A stretch of 64,000 bases of DNA from Octopus sinensis. Lineage: Eukaryota. The position numbers and the translations under genes were made by a program. The stretch covers positions 14,334,464 to 14,398,463 of the forward strand of contig NC_043011.1 in NCBI RefSeq assembly GCF_006345805.1. The letters are read 5' to 3'. Within the stretch, counting starts at the first letter, position 1, and each line of letters starts with the position of its first letter. Below, one piece after another: positions 26,631 through 40,339 of this stretch. Under the pieces are notes generated by a model. That model made no database searches. It saw nothing but the letters and a program-made list of their open reading frames with translations, and was not told the origin of the DNA.

Positions 26631-27089
26631 TATATATATAAAACTGAGAATGTGTGTCTATCTGTCTGTGTGTTTCCCTAAAACTTGAGAACTACACAAC
26701 CAATTTCATTCAAATTTTACACATGCCTTACTCAGGGTCCAGGGAGAGTGTTGGGCTCGCTCTGGGCGCCATTGGGCTCACTGTCCGGGGCAACGACACA
26801 ACAGTGAGCGCTATGGCGACCAGGGCTCGGCTCGGCTCGGCTCGGCTCGGCTCGGATGAAAGGCAAAGTCGACCTCAGCGGAATTTGAACTCAGAACGTA
26901 GCGGCGGACGAGCTACCACTAAGCATTTCGCCCGGCGTGCTAACGATTCTGCCAGCTCGTCATTTAGTCTCTTTCGCAGACACACACTTTATCCAGTGTC
27001 GTTTCCCTTGATGGGACCATTCCTGCATCTCCATTTTAGGAATAACAAGCGGCTGCCTCGTCGCATTTCCTTGGATTTCATCGACGTCT

Positions 27090-27240
27090 TGAAATCCTGT
27101 TCCGTTCAAGCCACAGTCGAACCACTTCTACTATATGGCTCAGAAACCTGGACGTTATCGAAGAAGCTTGAGAGGCGGTTGGATGGAACCTACACTCGCC
27201 TCCTTATGAGAGCTCAAAATCTCTCGTGGAAGCGTCATCC
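27090..27240 (+). pseudogene. RTE-like LINE RT C-terminal fragment
   Basis: ATVEPLLLYGSETWTLSKKLERRLDGTYTRLLMRAQNLSWKRHP. Confidence 0.75.
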
Positions 27241-27404
27241 AAGCAATGGAAAATAATTTAAACAATTAACATACAAAATAATTCTATAATTTTTATACAC
27301 ACGCTTTCCGTACGTATACGGAAAGCGTGTGTTACGGAAAGCGTGTGTATAAAAATTATAGAATTATTTTGTATGTTAATTGTTTAAATTATTTTCCATT
27401 GCTT
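27241..27404. repeat. Perfect 72-bp-arm palindrome with a nested 15-bp duplication at its apex
   Basis: 27241-27312 is the reverse complement of 27333-27404; TACGGAAAGCGTGTG occurs at 27317 and 27333. Confidence 0.9.
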
Positions 27405-27713
27405 TAGTTTTTTTACACGCGTAACAATTAAATTAATTTAACAATTAAGAAAAAAAAATTAGGGTTAAGGTGAGGGTTAGGGTTAGTGACAGGATGTTGT
27501 CTCAGTTTTAGACGCAGCAAATGATTTTAGCTCAAAAGAGAGCATAGGATTGGTTAAAATTAAACTACGTTAAACAAACGAATTACAAATTTATCAAGAA
27601 AGCCAAGTGAAAATAATGTTTTCTTTTGACAAATTCTACCAGTATACGAAGTTTTAAAGTGTTTAGTTAACTAGAAATTGTGTTGAAATCTGGCCTTCAA
27701 AAGGAAAAGATCC
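27405..27713 (-). mobile_element. Merlin-family element end (truncated)
   Basis: Terminus AAATCTGGCCTTCAAAAGGAAAAGATCC is the reverse complement of the end at 30145; shares the subterminal TTCGTATACT.GTAGAAT block and TTAGGG-like motifs with the MITEs. Confidence 0.65.
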
Positions 27714-28560
27714 TCAGAATGTACAAAAATGGCAAACAATACTGGGAAGAAGGAAAAATTGTAACATACATAGGAAGAATGATGTATGGGGTGAAAAGCA
27801 GAAATGGAATGGAAAGGGGACATAGAAGTCAGCTTAAGGAAAGAATCATAGAAAAGGAACCAACAAGAGTAGAAAAACTGATGGATTGGCTTTATGACAC
27901 TATTCAGGTTCCAACAAGAAGTCGAAACCACACGAACAAGAAAAAGAAAGAACATTGAATTCTTAAAAGTAGACCCTAAGAAGAAAATATATTGAGTGTA
28001 TAAAAAAAAAGAGGAGGTGGAATGAATAAAAGAAATTGATTGTTAAATAAAATGATTAAAATGGGAGATGTATAGTGAAACTGTTTACCCCTCCTTGTAA
28101 AAAGTGGTAGGAATCAGCCATTATAAATAGACCAGTAACTAGTTGTCACGAGAGGGTCGAGAGTCAAAGAGTTGAGGGTCGATAGTTCTAGTCGGTGTCT
28201 TGTGGAGCAATCAGCGATAGTAAGACAGTGTATAAAAAAAAAGAGGAGGTGGAATGAATAAAAGAAATTGATTGTTAAATAAAATGATTAAAATGGGAGA
28301 TGTATAGTGAAACTGTTTACCCCTCCTTGTAAAAAGTGGTAGGAATCAGCCATTATAAATAGACCAGTAACTAGTTGTCACGAGAGGGTCGAGAGTCAAA
28401 GAGTTGAGGGTCGATAGTTCTAGTCGGTGTCTTGTGGAGCAATCAGCGATAGTAAGACAGAGGAAGTTCCTGTATTACTATTCCAGTACAAACAGATACA
28501 ACGGTATCCGATGACTAGTTACTATTGTGGCTACTAGTGTAAAACAGTAACTACCATACA
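27714..28560 (+). mobile_element. Gypsy-like LTR retrotransposon 3' portion: integrase C-terminal tail, polypurine tract, LTR with a 232-bp tandem duplication
   Basis: RMYKNGKQYWEEGKIVTYIGRMMYGVKS...RGHRSQLKER; A9GAGGAGG followed by TG at ~28018; TATAAATAG; possible LTR end ...CATACA at 28560; 27995-28226 is identical to 28227-28458. Confidence 0.55.
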
Positions 28561-28839
28561 ATGGCAGTCACACATCACACTGGTGGGAGAAACCCACTTT
28601 ACAACAGTATGTATGTATGTATGTATGTATGTATGTATGTATGTATGTATGTATGTATGTATGTATGTATGTATGTATGTATGTATGTATGCATGTATGT
28701 GTGTGTGTATGTATGTATGAATGTATGTATGTATGTATGTATGTATGTATGTATGTATGCATGTATGTGTGTGTGTATGTATGTATGTATGTATGTATGT
28801 ATGTATATATGTATGTATGTATGTATGTATGCGTGTATA

Positions 28840-29480
28840 TGTCAGGTCACTTTCGAGTGCTACTGGTAACATGTAACCCAGTACAACCTGTTGCATGGTC
28901 GGGCCGTCGGCGACTAAACCGGCAACCCCACCAAGCTTGCTTGGTGAGGAGGGTGTTTACTGGACACCCTACGGGATGAAAAACAAAACCTGTCAAAGGG
29001 CGGAGGAACTCTTGAGAGTCAACGGCCATCCAATAAATGTCTCAGGGCTGTATCATGCGCGGGGACATAGAAATAATTGGACTGAATACTCGATCGCGTG
29101 GTTAAACCATTGGGAGTGAAGGACTCCTAGCCTTTGTTAGGGCATCCTTCTAGGAGAAGGTAACTCAGGTAACTGGGATAACTCCAAAATAAAACCTGCG
29201 GCTCAGTGGTTACCGATGATGTTGACTTGTTCTTCTTTTCGGATTATGGTTGCTGTTGCTTAGTGAATGGGATTGACTCAGTGCACAGCCTTTCCTCACT
29301 TTAAAAAAAATCTTCTTGCACAGGCATGGCACGATAACAACATTGTTCATGATTGTTGATGGTGCTGTGAGTCTCAACTGAATGGCGGGCTGTAGCCTTA
29401 AAAAGCAAATAAAAGTCACATTCGATCACAGCACCAATAACAGTTAAGCTTCGTGCAATGGCCATACTCGATAACGAGGG
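28840..29480. mobile_element. Probable retroposon 5' UTR-like repeat (unclassified)
   Basis: GC-richer island; motifs such as GGGCATCCTTCTAGGAGAAGGTAACTC resemble LINE/SINE 5' regions; no credible protein. Confidence 0.3.
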
Positions 29481-30144
29481 GGCAGCCATTATGTATGTAT
29501 GTATGGTGTGATGATAGAGAAGTTAGGCAAATAGTAACTGTCTTTCACATAACTAACGCGAGAAGTTTTTCGTTGCATCATAATTTCTCCATATAATAGA
29601 TTATTGTCTTTAATCTTGTTCCAAAGTTTGTCGACCGAATGACTAGCGAATAATATAAACTCTTGCATGTCTAATAGATTATGTCTTGGATTTCGTTCTA
29701 TAGTTCTCTAGTTTCTATAATGTTTGTTTAAATGCGTTAAATATGTAGAATATTTCTTTATTCACCATAAGGTTGAGAAAAAGAGGGGACGATACGAGGA
29801 CAGACAAAACAAACATTGGGGTCAGGGTATCGAATGAGACGAAACGTATGAATAAACAAACAATTAAAATATATACAATTAAATGAGAATGAGTGATTAA
29901 CAAAAAATGAAGCGGAGGACCCCACAAACCACATACTCACACTGAAGATTTTGCTTTCTCCTTTTTATATATTCTCGTTTAAACAGGTTCTTTCACTCGC
30001 AACATAGTTGCTATAGACTTCCATCTTTTACAAAACACACTTTGCGACAGGCATTTCTTCTCCAGTCTTATTTTCCGTTTCATGTGGAAAACGAAAAAGT
30101 CGATTAGCTCAAGACTGGAGATGAATATGCCTGTTGCAATTCCT

Positions 30145-31089
30145 GGATCTTTTCATTTTGAAGGCCAGATTTTTCGGATTTTTCTAGTTAACTAAATAAT
30201 TTGAAACTTCGTATACTAGTAGAATGTGTCAAAAGAAAACATTAATTTCAACTAGTTTTTTTGAGAAAAATGTATTTTATAAGTTTAAACGTAGTTTAAA
30301 TCTACGAATTTTAACCAATCGTATTGTCTGTTTTCATTTGAAATCATTAACTGCATAATGTTACTGTGACGTAGACAGCTATTTTGTGAAAATTTGAAAC
30401 AGCTATCGTTTGAAAATTTTAAACAGAGTCATTTAAAATTTTATACAAAACAAATTTTTAATTTATTAGTTTAATGTGTCTTCCTTCATTTATTAAATGT
30501 GTATTGTATAAAAGTATTGCCTTGTAGACAGCTATCGTTTGAAAATTTTAAACAGCGTGTGTAAGTAAGCAAAACAGAGGCATTTAAAATTTTATACAAA
30601 ACTAATAACTTAGCTGTTTTACAAACAATAATTTTTAAATTCGTTGTTTAAAATGGCGAGTCTAGGTGAATTGTTTGTTACGATAAAATCGGAGGCAGCA
30701 AAGGGTATTATACCTAGCAGTAAGAAGTGTAAAAAAGGGGGCACCAAATGATAAAGAAATTGGTAGCGAATAATGTTTGCTGGCGGTGTACCCGCAAAGG
30801 CTGCGATCAGAAGTTGTCTGTCCGGAAGGGAACATGGCTTGAAGGCTGCACGCTCCCTCTGCGGACTGTAGTCCTTCTTTTGTACTCTTGGGTCAAGGAA
30901 CTGACTACAGTGCATTATTGTGTACAAGAACTGGGGATGAGCCACGCTTCAGCTGTGGATTACAACAATTATGTGCGAGAAATATGCGCGCATGGCTTGC
31001 TAATGAACCCAGTTGTAATAGGTGGTCCTGGGAAGATTGTCGAGATAGACGAGACAGTCTTCTCTAGGAGGAAGTTTAATCGAGGAAGG
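30145..31089 (+). mobile_element. Merlin (IS1595/ISXO2-like) DNA transposon left end plus transposase 5' part, truncated by the assembly gap
   Basis: TIR GGATCTTTTCATTTTGAAGGCCAG at 30145; frameshifted ORF from ATG 30653 with zinc-ribbon cysteines, WRC, SVRKGTWLE, and IGGPGKIVEIDETVFSRRKFNRGR. Confidence 0.85.
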
Positions 31090-31189
31090 NNNNNNNNNNN
31101 NNNNNNNNNNNNNNNNNNNNNNNNNNNNNNNNNNNNNNNNNNNNNNNNNNNNNNNNNNNNNNNNNNNNNNNNNNNNNNNNNNNNNNNNN
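31090..31189. other. Assembly gap (100 N)
   Basis: Run of N. Confidence 0.99.
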
Positions 31190-31262
31190 AAAGCTCTACC
31201 TTGTAATTTGTTCTATCTGTGTGCAGCCCTGTGTGGCTAATAAAGAAACATATCTATCTATA

Positions 31263-31304
<42 letters not shown>

Positions 31305-31837
31305 CATCATAGCGAACAAATTATTGGATATTTTGAGTCCTTCATTTCGAACGTTTCAATGATTTTATTGAAAATTATATATATTTTTTCAATCAATTAT
31401 TTCAGAAAACAACATATAATTTACTTTTAAAGGCTTCTTAGTGGAAGGTGTGTTAAGTACTATTGTAGGAGGAGTAGTTGTAGCGGAAACTATAAAAACT
31501 AGTTGGTAAGATAAATTTTAAGATTTTATTCATTAATTAGTTGATAAAAGGCAAAAGCGACGAAAGAGTAGAAAGGTCAGGGGGAAGAAAGATAGGGGCA
31601 GAAGAAAAATAATAGGAAAAGATTGGATGTTGAAATGAAGGCGGAGTAGGAGGTGGATAGAAAAAGTGGTATGAATGGCGAGTAGGAAATGGCGAGGGGT
31701 GTGGAAAAGAATATAAAAGGCATGAAGTAGGATATAAAGACAAAAGCGAGAGAAGAAGAGGAGCCGATACGTATTATGTGTTTATGCGTTTATGCGCACG
31801 TTGTGTGTGTTTATGTATGCATATAATACATACACAC

Positions 31838-31915
<78 letters not shown>

Positions 31916-31960
31916 TATATATGTGATTGGAACAAGCTGCTTACTACACAGCCACTCCTG

Positions 31961-32000
<40 letters not shown>

Positions 32001-32010
32001 ATATATTATA

Positions 32011-32163
32011 TAAGGCGTGGCTGTGTGGTAAGTAGCTTGCTTACCAACGACATGGTTTCTTGGTTCCGTCCCAGCGTCTTCTACTATAGCCTCGGGTCGA
32101 CCAAATCCTTGTGAGTGGATTTGATAGACAGAAACTGAAAGAAGCCTGTCGTACACACATACA

Positions 32164-32204
<41 letters not shown>

Positions 32205-32420
32205 GTATATATATGTGTTTGTGTGTCTGTGTTTGTCTCCTCAACATCGCTTGACAACCGATGCTGGTGTGTTTACGTTCCTGTAACTTAGCGGTTCGGC
32301 AATAGAGACCGATAGAATAAGTACTAGGCTTACAAAGAATAAGTAGATTTGCTCGACCAAAGACGGTGCTCCAGCATGGCCGCAGTCAAATGACTGAAAC
32401 AAGTAAAAGAGTAAAAGAGT
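32011..32420 (+). mobile_element. Full-length SINE family B; other full or near-full copies 34680-35115 (-), 41411-41740 (+), 49370-49770 (-), 57115-57535 (-)
   Basis: tRNA-like head, internal (TA)/(TG) microsatellite, tail GCTCCAGCATGGCCGCAGTCAAATGACTGAAACAAGTAAAAGAG. Confidence 0.85.
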
Positions 32421-33436
32421 ATATATATATATATATATATAATATATATATACATATATATGTTATATAAATAATTTATAAATATATGCATATATACATA
32501 CATATATGTACATACTTACATATATATGTATATATACATGCATATATGGGTACAGGACATCAAAAAACATTGAACATAATGAGAAACGAAAACATAAAAA
32601 CAAAAACATAGAAAACGAACTTTTTTTCGAACAACGAAAAAAACAAACAGAGAAACGAGACGTGCAACATAACGAATACTCCCCTCCATCAGTTTTCCTT
32701 GTTTCATTTACTCCGCTTTCCGAAGGTAAGGACAATACGCGACTTAATTGAAACAATCCTTCCCGCAAGGCAAATTAAATAAAATTTGGGTCTTTTCGCG
32801 GAGGGTGAAAGTGGTAACAAAAGCAGGACAGTGAGAACAAGACAGTAAAACAAACGGTGAGGGCTGTTAAGCGAAGACGATGGAAAAATTATGAACGCTA
32901 GGAGGACGAGCTATGGGAGGAGACAGGAAGCACGTGTTGTCTTTAGGAAGGATATGAACAGAAAGATAGATTCCCTTTCGTCACGTGTCAGCGACGAGAG
33001 AGTCAAGGAGGAAGAGTGAAAGAGAGGGAACGGTGAAGAGGAGAGGAGAAGAATAGGGAAGGGTGGGCAAAGGAGTCTGATAGAATAAGTACTAGGCTTA
33101 CAAAAAATAAGTCCCGGGGTCGACTTGTTCGACTAAAGGTAGTGCTCCAGCATGGCCGCAGTCAAATGACTGAAATAATTATAAGAATAAAAGAATATAT
33201 ATATATATACTTTATTTAAGAGCAGCAGAAATTCAACAAAACCTGTTACTCTGAGTTTCACGTATCGGTTCCTTTCTTCTTCTCAGCAAAAACTGTCCGA
33301 CGAACGGGAACGTGAAACTCAGAGTAACATTTTGTTGAATTTCTGCTGCTTTTAATAAAGCATATTACTCTAACCCCTGGTATTTGAGTACTCTTTTTTC
33401 CCCCTTGTTTCACATTTATGTGTTGACTCCGGTATA

Positions 33437-33479
<43 letters not shown>

Positions 33480-34537
33480 TATAGTTGAACTTTATAGAAA
33501 AACAAAGAATTTATATATAAATACATCACGAAAATATATATATATATAATATATATAATATATATAATATATATATATATATATAGTTGAACTTTAAGAC
33601 AAAACAAAGAATTTAATGACATATAATCACGAAATATATATATATAATAAAAATATAGATGTGTAGATCTGCGTATAAAAATTTATCAGGCGTTAGATAT
33701 ATGTTATATGCATATATGTTTATGTTGTGTGGTACCCTATTTATCTCCCCCTAATTCCCGCTCTTGCGTCTCACGTTTGATCTTTGACTTCTGGCCGAAA
33801 TCAATCGCCATGTTATTCGCTAGCCTCTGCACTGCACGCATATTTTTTTTCTCTCCTTCTTTCTGTGTTTTTTCTCTGTGTAGCTTTCTTTTGAAGGAGC
33901 GAGGCCTCGAAACGTTAAAGACTTGTTTTACTTTATATTTCCTGAGCGCCATACTAATACAATTGTTTGTTGTATTTTCCCCCTTCCTTCGTCTTTTGTT
34001 TCTTCCGTAAACCTGCGCCTTCGTCTTTTGTCTATTTTCATAAGCTTTCCGTTATATCTATATATATATATATTATATATATATAATATATATATATATA
34101 TATTATAATAGATATATATATATAGATATTATATATATATATATACATGCACACACATATATATATATATAACAACGCACTAGTATATATTTATACATTT
34201 ATATTTACAAGTTTCCTACGTTCGTGCATCTCAAGAGTATGGTGTTTGAGGTAAAATAGAACTGAAGCTCTATATCAACTTGGGAGCCGCACATAGCTTC
34301 GAGAGCCGCAACTGTTGATATGTGTGTGCGTGTGTGTGTGCGTGCGTGCGTGCGTGCATGTATGTATGTATGTATATATGTATGTATGTATCAATTATCA
34401 CGCACATAACGTACCCATAAATATCTGTGGGTAAACAGACATACACTAGCCATTTGTAATATGTTTGAACACTATTTTATGGATCAAAATATTTATGCGC
34501 GCGCGCATGTGTGTGTGTGCGCGATTGTGTGTGCGTG

Positions 34538-34570
<33 letters not shown>

Positions 34571-34575
34571 ATATA

Positions 34576-34625
<50 letters not shown>

Positions 34626-35579
34626 GTGGTGAGAGTACACGTATGTATATTTATATGTATCGCATCAAAGTCATATGTGTCTTTATTCTTTTATTCTTTT
34701 ACTTCTTTCAGTCATTTGACTGTGGCCATGCTGGAGCACTGCCTTTAGTCGAGCAAATCGGCACCAAAGCTTATTCCTTGAAAGCCTAGTACTTATTCTA
34801 TCGATCTGTTTTGCCGAACCGCTAAGTTACGGGGACGCAAACACACCAGCATCAGTTGTCAAGCGATGTTTTTTTTTTGGGTGGGGGCAAACACAGACAC
34901 ACACACACACACACATATACATATATATATATATACACACACATACATATATATATATACATATAACGACGGGCATCTTTTAGTTTCCATATACCAAATC
35001 CACTCACAAGGCTTTGGTCGGCCCGAGACTATAGTAGAAGACACTTGCCCAAGGTGCCACGGAGTAGAACTGAAACTAGGACCATGTGGCTGGTAAGCAA
35101 GCTACTTACCACACAGCCACTCCTGTCTTTATTCATTTTTAAAATTCATTTTACTTGCACCCTTCTCCCTTTTTTCCCTATATTTTTATCCTTCTTATTT
35201 TATTATATTTTATTTCTGTATACACGCACATATACATACACACACATACATCTACACATACACGCACACGTACACGGACGCGCACACACGATTTTTTGCT
35301 CCGTCTTCCTTTTCTCTTGGACTTTCCTCTGTCTCTTGTTTCTGACGAAGAGTTTTGCTCGAAACGTAAAAACTACCTTTCTTTCCTTCTCTGAACGTCT
35401 GCTAATACTTTGCATGTACCACGTGCTCGTGTTGTTGTTTTTTTCTTTTTGTGTTTGTTCTTCGTCTCTTTTGGGATTTACTATATACATGTATGTATAT
35501 ATATATATATATATATAATATATATAATATATATATATATATATTATATATATATATATAAATAATATATATATATCTA

Positions 35580-35610
<31 letters not shown>

Positions 35611-35783
35611 AGATAGGAAAGAATGGAGCTGAACGAAGATTTAACAAAATTCCTTTATTTTATTTCGACATATGTGCGAAGATCTGCAAAGTCCCTAATT
35701 CGACTGACTAAGGAGCCATTATACAGCTTTATCTTCAGGAAAATCCAGAACTTAATTCTCCAACAAAATGCACAACAAACTTG

Positions 35784-35829
<46 letters not shown>

Positions 35830-36006
35830 ATAATAAATATTAGGGAATAAATCCAAATTTACAGGGAAAAAATCAGATTTAGGATTAATCCAATTTTATA
35901 GTAAAATATTATATAATATTAATTCGAGACAAAACCACTATTTTGCAAATCAAACAAGGAAAGACTTAATCATACATAAAAAAATTTAATATAAAGTAAA
36001 AAACCG

Positions 36007-36049
36007 CCACTACAATTGTTTCATGTCTTCAAATGACATCGTCAGGTGG
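36007..36049 (-). ncRNA. Minimal type-I hammerhead ribozyme, canonical core, palindromic stem III
   Basis: CCAC-CTGACGA-TGTC(ATTTGAA)GACA-T-GAA-ACAATTGT-A-GTGG; lies within a ~240-bp AT-rich element (35830-36070) bounded by (TA)n. Confidence 0.78.
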
Positions 36050-36076
36050 ATTTCCGATCTTCTAATCAGTTTTATA

Positions 36077-36111
<35 letters not shown>

Positions 36112-36114
36112 ATC

Positions 36115-36150
<36 letters not shown>

Positions 36151-36245
36151 TTATATATATATATATATATGTAAAATACACTCACACTCAGTATATATAT
36201 ATATATATAATGCTACACATAACACTCGCATAAACAGCATACAGA

Positions 36246-36308
<63 letters not shown>

Positions 36309-36666
36309 ATATATATATTATATAATTTATATATATATATATTTATTATATTATATTATTATATTATTATATATATAATATTATTATATTATATTTTATT
36401 ATATATATATACATATATATATATTATATATATTATTTATATTTTTATATTATTTATTTTATTATATTATATATATATTATATATTAATTTTTATTTGCG
36501 GTTGAAGCTTTGGCTGTTATTTCTAGTGGGTGAATGGCCTATTATGGCCGTTCCTTGATTGTTGATGTTGAACTTAAAAATGGTCTTGACTATTTAATTT
36601 TTTCCCACTAGGCCGCTGGTGGCAAAAAAATTCTACAAAATTTTTTTTGCCACCCTATATTGATTA

Positions 36667-36697
<31 letters not shown>

Positions 36698-36700
36698 TAT

Positions 36701-36734
<34 letters not shown>

Positions 36735-37315
36735 CGTAGCTTATATTGGTTGCGATGTTTCATCGATACAAGTGGATTTGTTGAAGAGATGAGAATCTAA
36801 TTCGGTTATATATTGAAAGTTGTGTTCCCTAAAACTCCAATCAGATTTTAAAAAGAATTAGTATTTCCAGTTCAAATCGTAAATCTAGATTGTGAGTGGA
36901 TAAACAAATTGCAGATTCTCTGTTTGTATGGCTTTATCTCGAGAAATTTAGACGAGATATTGCCCCCACCACCACACCTGCTTTGTAGCTGATCTCCATG
37001 AAAAGAGAAGCATTGGTTTCCACCCCCGTTTGCCTTGCTGGGTAGAGACAACGGTGATGCGGTGAAGGAGTATTCTGTCGTAATCACATGGTTAAAGGTT
37101 CGATAGCAGCGCAGCGCTTTATTGGGGGAATGTGAATTCAATTATAGTTTCGGATTGAATGAAGTATTGTGACTAAAATTGAGTTGATAGGCTGTGCATG
37201 TTCGTGAACGGTGGACTTAGCCCAGCCCTCTGTTTAACACTACTATCTGGGTTTTTGGGTGACTTTAGCGGGGTCCATTATGTTGCATGCATTAAGTATT
37301 GAAATATGTCTCCAG

Positions 37316-37737
37316 GGATCTTTTCGGTTTGAACGGCAGTTTTTTTAAATAATTTCCACGTAACTAAACACATTTAAACTTCGTATACTAATAGAATGTG
37401 TTTATAAAACATCTTTTTCTCTTGGCTTTATTGAGAAAATTCTATAGTTTGTAAGATATTTGTTGTTTTTTTCTTCAATTTCTGCAATTTCAACCAATCA
37501 CTGATGTCTATTGAGGTAAGAAACATTCTGTGCCGTATGAATATGTCCCTCGTTTAAGAAACAGATTGGGTTTATTTACATTTCTGAAGAAAAAAAAGAT
37601 ACCCTCCCCCACCCCTAACCCTAACTCTAACCCTAAAACAGATTGAAATGCAATAGATCGATATTAGGGTCATAATTATGGGTGACAATTTCATATGACA
37701 CCGCTAGAAAAAACTGCCGTTCAAACCGAAAAGATCC
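37316..37737 (+). mobile_element. Merlin-type MITE with ~28-bp TIR and 8-bp TSD
   Basis: GGATCTTTTCGGTTTGAACGGCAGTTTT...AAAACTGCCGTTCAAACCGAAAAGATCC; flanks GTCTCCAG / GCCTCCAG. Confidence 0.9.
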
Positions 37738-38003
37738 GCCTCCAGTTTTAGGATATGTTGTTTCCTACTATACTACGATTCGGGATATTACAAACAGTTG
37801 TGGCTGTTGTCTTTCTTTTACAGACTTGTGTTGGTTTCATGTGTATAATAGACAAATGTTAAGAACAGACTTCTTATGTTTTTCAAAAGAAAAGATAATC
37901 ACGCGAGAAGGTTTTTTTTCTTGTAAGTCAAACAGCGCCAGACATTTCTGTGTTCATCTGTGTGCGTCTGTATTTGTCAACCGTCGTCTCCTGTTTCTGA
38001 AAA

Positions 38004-38235
38004 GGCAGCGAGCTGACAGAAACGTTAGAACGCCGGGCGAAATGCTCAGCAGTATTTCGTCTGTCGTTACGTTCTGAGTTCAAATTCCGCCGAGGTCGAC
38101 TTTGCCTTTCCTCCTTTCGGGGGTCGATTAAATAAGTACCAGTTACGCACTGGGGTCGATATAATCGACTTAATCCCTTTGTCTGTCCTTGTTTGTCCCC
38201 TCTGTGTTCAGCCGCTTGTGGGTAGTAAAGAAATA
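38004..38235 (+). mobile_element. SINE family A copy; others at 42198-42401 (+), 42408-42590 (+, diverged), 47690-47850 (-), 48910-49110, 56170-56525 (-, two), 26855-26960 (-), 57615-57710 (+)
   Basis: Family motifs as at 2075-2305. Confidence 0.85.
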
Positions 38236-38672
38236 GGTATAGGCTTCGAAGTGAAATCTGAGGGCATCTATTAGAAGTTCAGCAGGATCTGCTTAAACCT
38301 GTAAATGTCATAAGTATCCTGTAGCATGTGAAATTTGCAATCACGCATAACTTTCAGCTGATAGGGAAAGTATTTGTCCTCCAAGTTTTTGTTTAAATAG
38401 GTTTTCCATAGTTTTTTTTTTAAAAATCAAGATGTTATTTTCCTTGGTTATGCATTTCTTGTTGCAAATTCTATCATGGGATGTGTTTTCATTCATCTCT
38501 AACAACTCACTGCATTTCTCGTCAGATATCAGAGAAATAGGTAGGCTGTTGATAGAAGTGTTGCTTCATGTATGTACGTGTGGGCGATTATGTATGTATG
38601 TATGCATGTATGTATGTATGAATGTATGTATGTATGTATGTATCCATGTATGTATGTATGTATGCATGTATG

Positions 38673-38706
<34 letters not shown>

Positions 38707-40003
38707 TGTATGTATGTATGTATGTATGTATGTATGCATGCATGTATGTATGTATATATGTTTGTATATATGTATGTATGCATGTATGTATGTATGTATG
38801 TATGTATGTATGTATGTATGTATGTATGTATGTATGTATGTACCTACCCTGAATCCTTGGAGTGACTTGCAGTTCATCACCGCTCCACTGCCTCATGGAA
38901 TATAATGCATGTCAGCCTTTTTCTAAAGAAACTTTTATGCGTATATACATGTATGGCGTGCACGTAATTCTGAATGCATGTACGCATGTGCGTATATATA
39001 TATATATATATATACGTACGCTTATATGTACTCACGTATGCACGTGTGTGTGTACGCATGATGTGCGTGTTAGTATGTATCTTTGAGATAGATATCTGAC
39101 TATTGCTTATACTGTGTTATTGATTTTTTTTTCTCTCTTTAAGAAGCAATGTATAAAGGAAAATGTAAAGCGTGACTCTTGTTCTCTATGAATGTTGAGA
39201 AGAAAACCTGTAGCTAGAATATTATGGTTGCTGCTGCTACCGCTGCTGCTACTGCTATTGATGATGAAGATGATGATGAAGACTATAATGATTTATCTAT
39301 TTAAATTTCAATCATGTTTACTACTGTCGTGTTTTCTATTTCAGCTTTCTTTTCAATGATATATAGCTGGATGTAACAGTATACATCTTTGTAATTATAA
39401 TGAATCATTAGATTCCATCACTGCGTTTTAAGTAATTATTGATGTTGCTATGACTAAACTTTAAGCATAGAAACAATAAACGTTAACATAGGCTTCATAG
39501 TCTAGTCTATTCACTTCTCAAATACGTATCCACGAGTAACTACATAATTTTCGCTGCTATAATCGCATCATCATCGCGTAAATTAGCGTTCAATAACTAG
39601 TATTTGGAACACTGTCTGATGATAGAAAGTTCAACTACGCAGGAGATTGAGAAGATATTCACAGATATTAAGAGAAAACAAAATTACTGATTGCTCGTTT
39701 ACTTATAAATTGAGAGAACAAAGAAACAATATGTGTTTCCAAAATGTCTTTTTTTCTCCTAATTCTGTATTATTTTAGAGAAGTTTGTCATTCCATTGAC
39801 AGCAACTTGCAAAATAGATAATTATTTCTTAGTGTAGGTGTGGCTGATTGGTTTAGAAACTCGCTTTGTACCTTCGTGGTCACGGGTTCGGTCCCACTGC
39901 ACTGCACCTTAGACACAAGTGTCTTTTACTATAGCTTCGGACCGACCAATGCTTTGAGAGTAAATTTGGTAGAAGGAAACTATATGGAAGCCAGACATTT
40001 ATA

Positions 40004-40060
<57 letters not shown>

Positions 40061-40123
40061 GTGAGTGTGAGTGTGCGTGTGTTTGTATGAATTATACATA
40101 TACGCGTGCATATACATCTATCT

Positions 40124-40222
<99 letters not shown>

Positions 40223-40339
40223 TCAACCCTTCAAGGCGGTGCCCTAGCATGAACACAGTTTAACGACTGAAACAGTGAATGATAAAAGAAAAACGTAAAA
40301 CAGTTTGGTCATAATCAGCAGAGGTCGACCATACCTTCT

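Noticed and set aside
27995-28458. Direct repeats here and at 51798-52016 and 60940-61020 as a CRISPR-like array
   Set aside because: Contiguous tandem units without unique spacers; eukaryotic context with no cas genes
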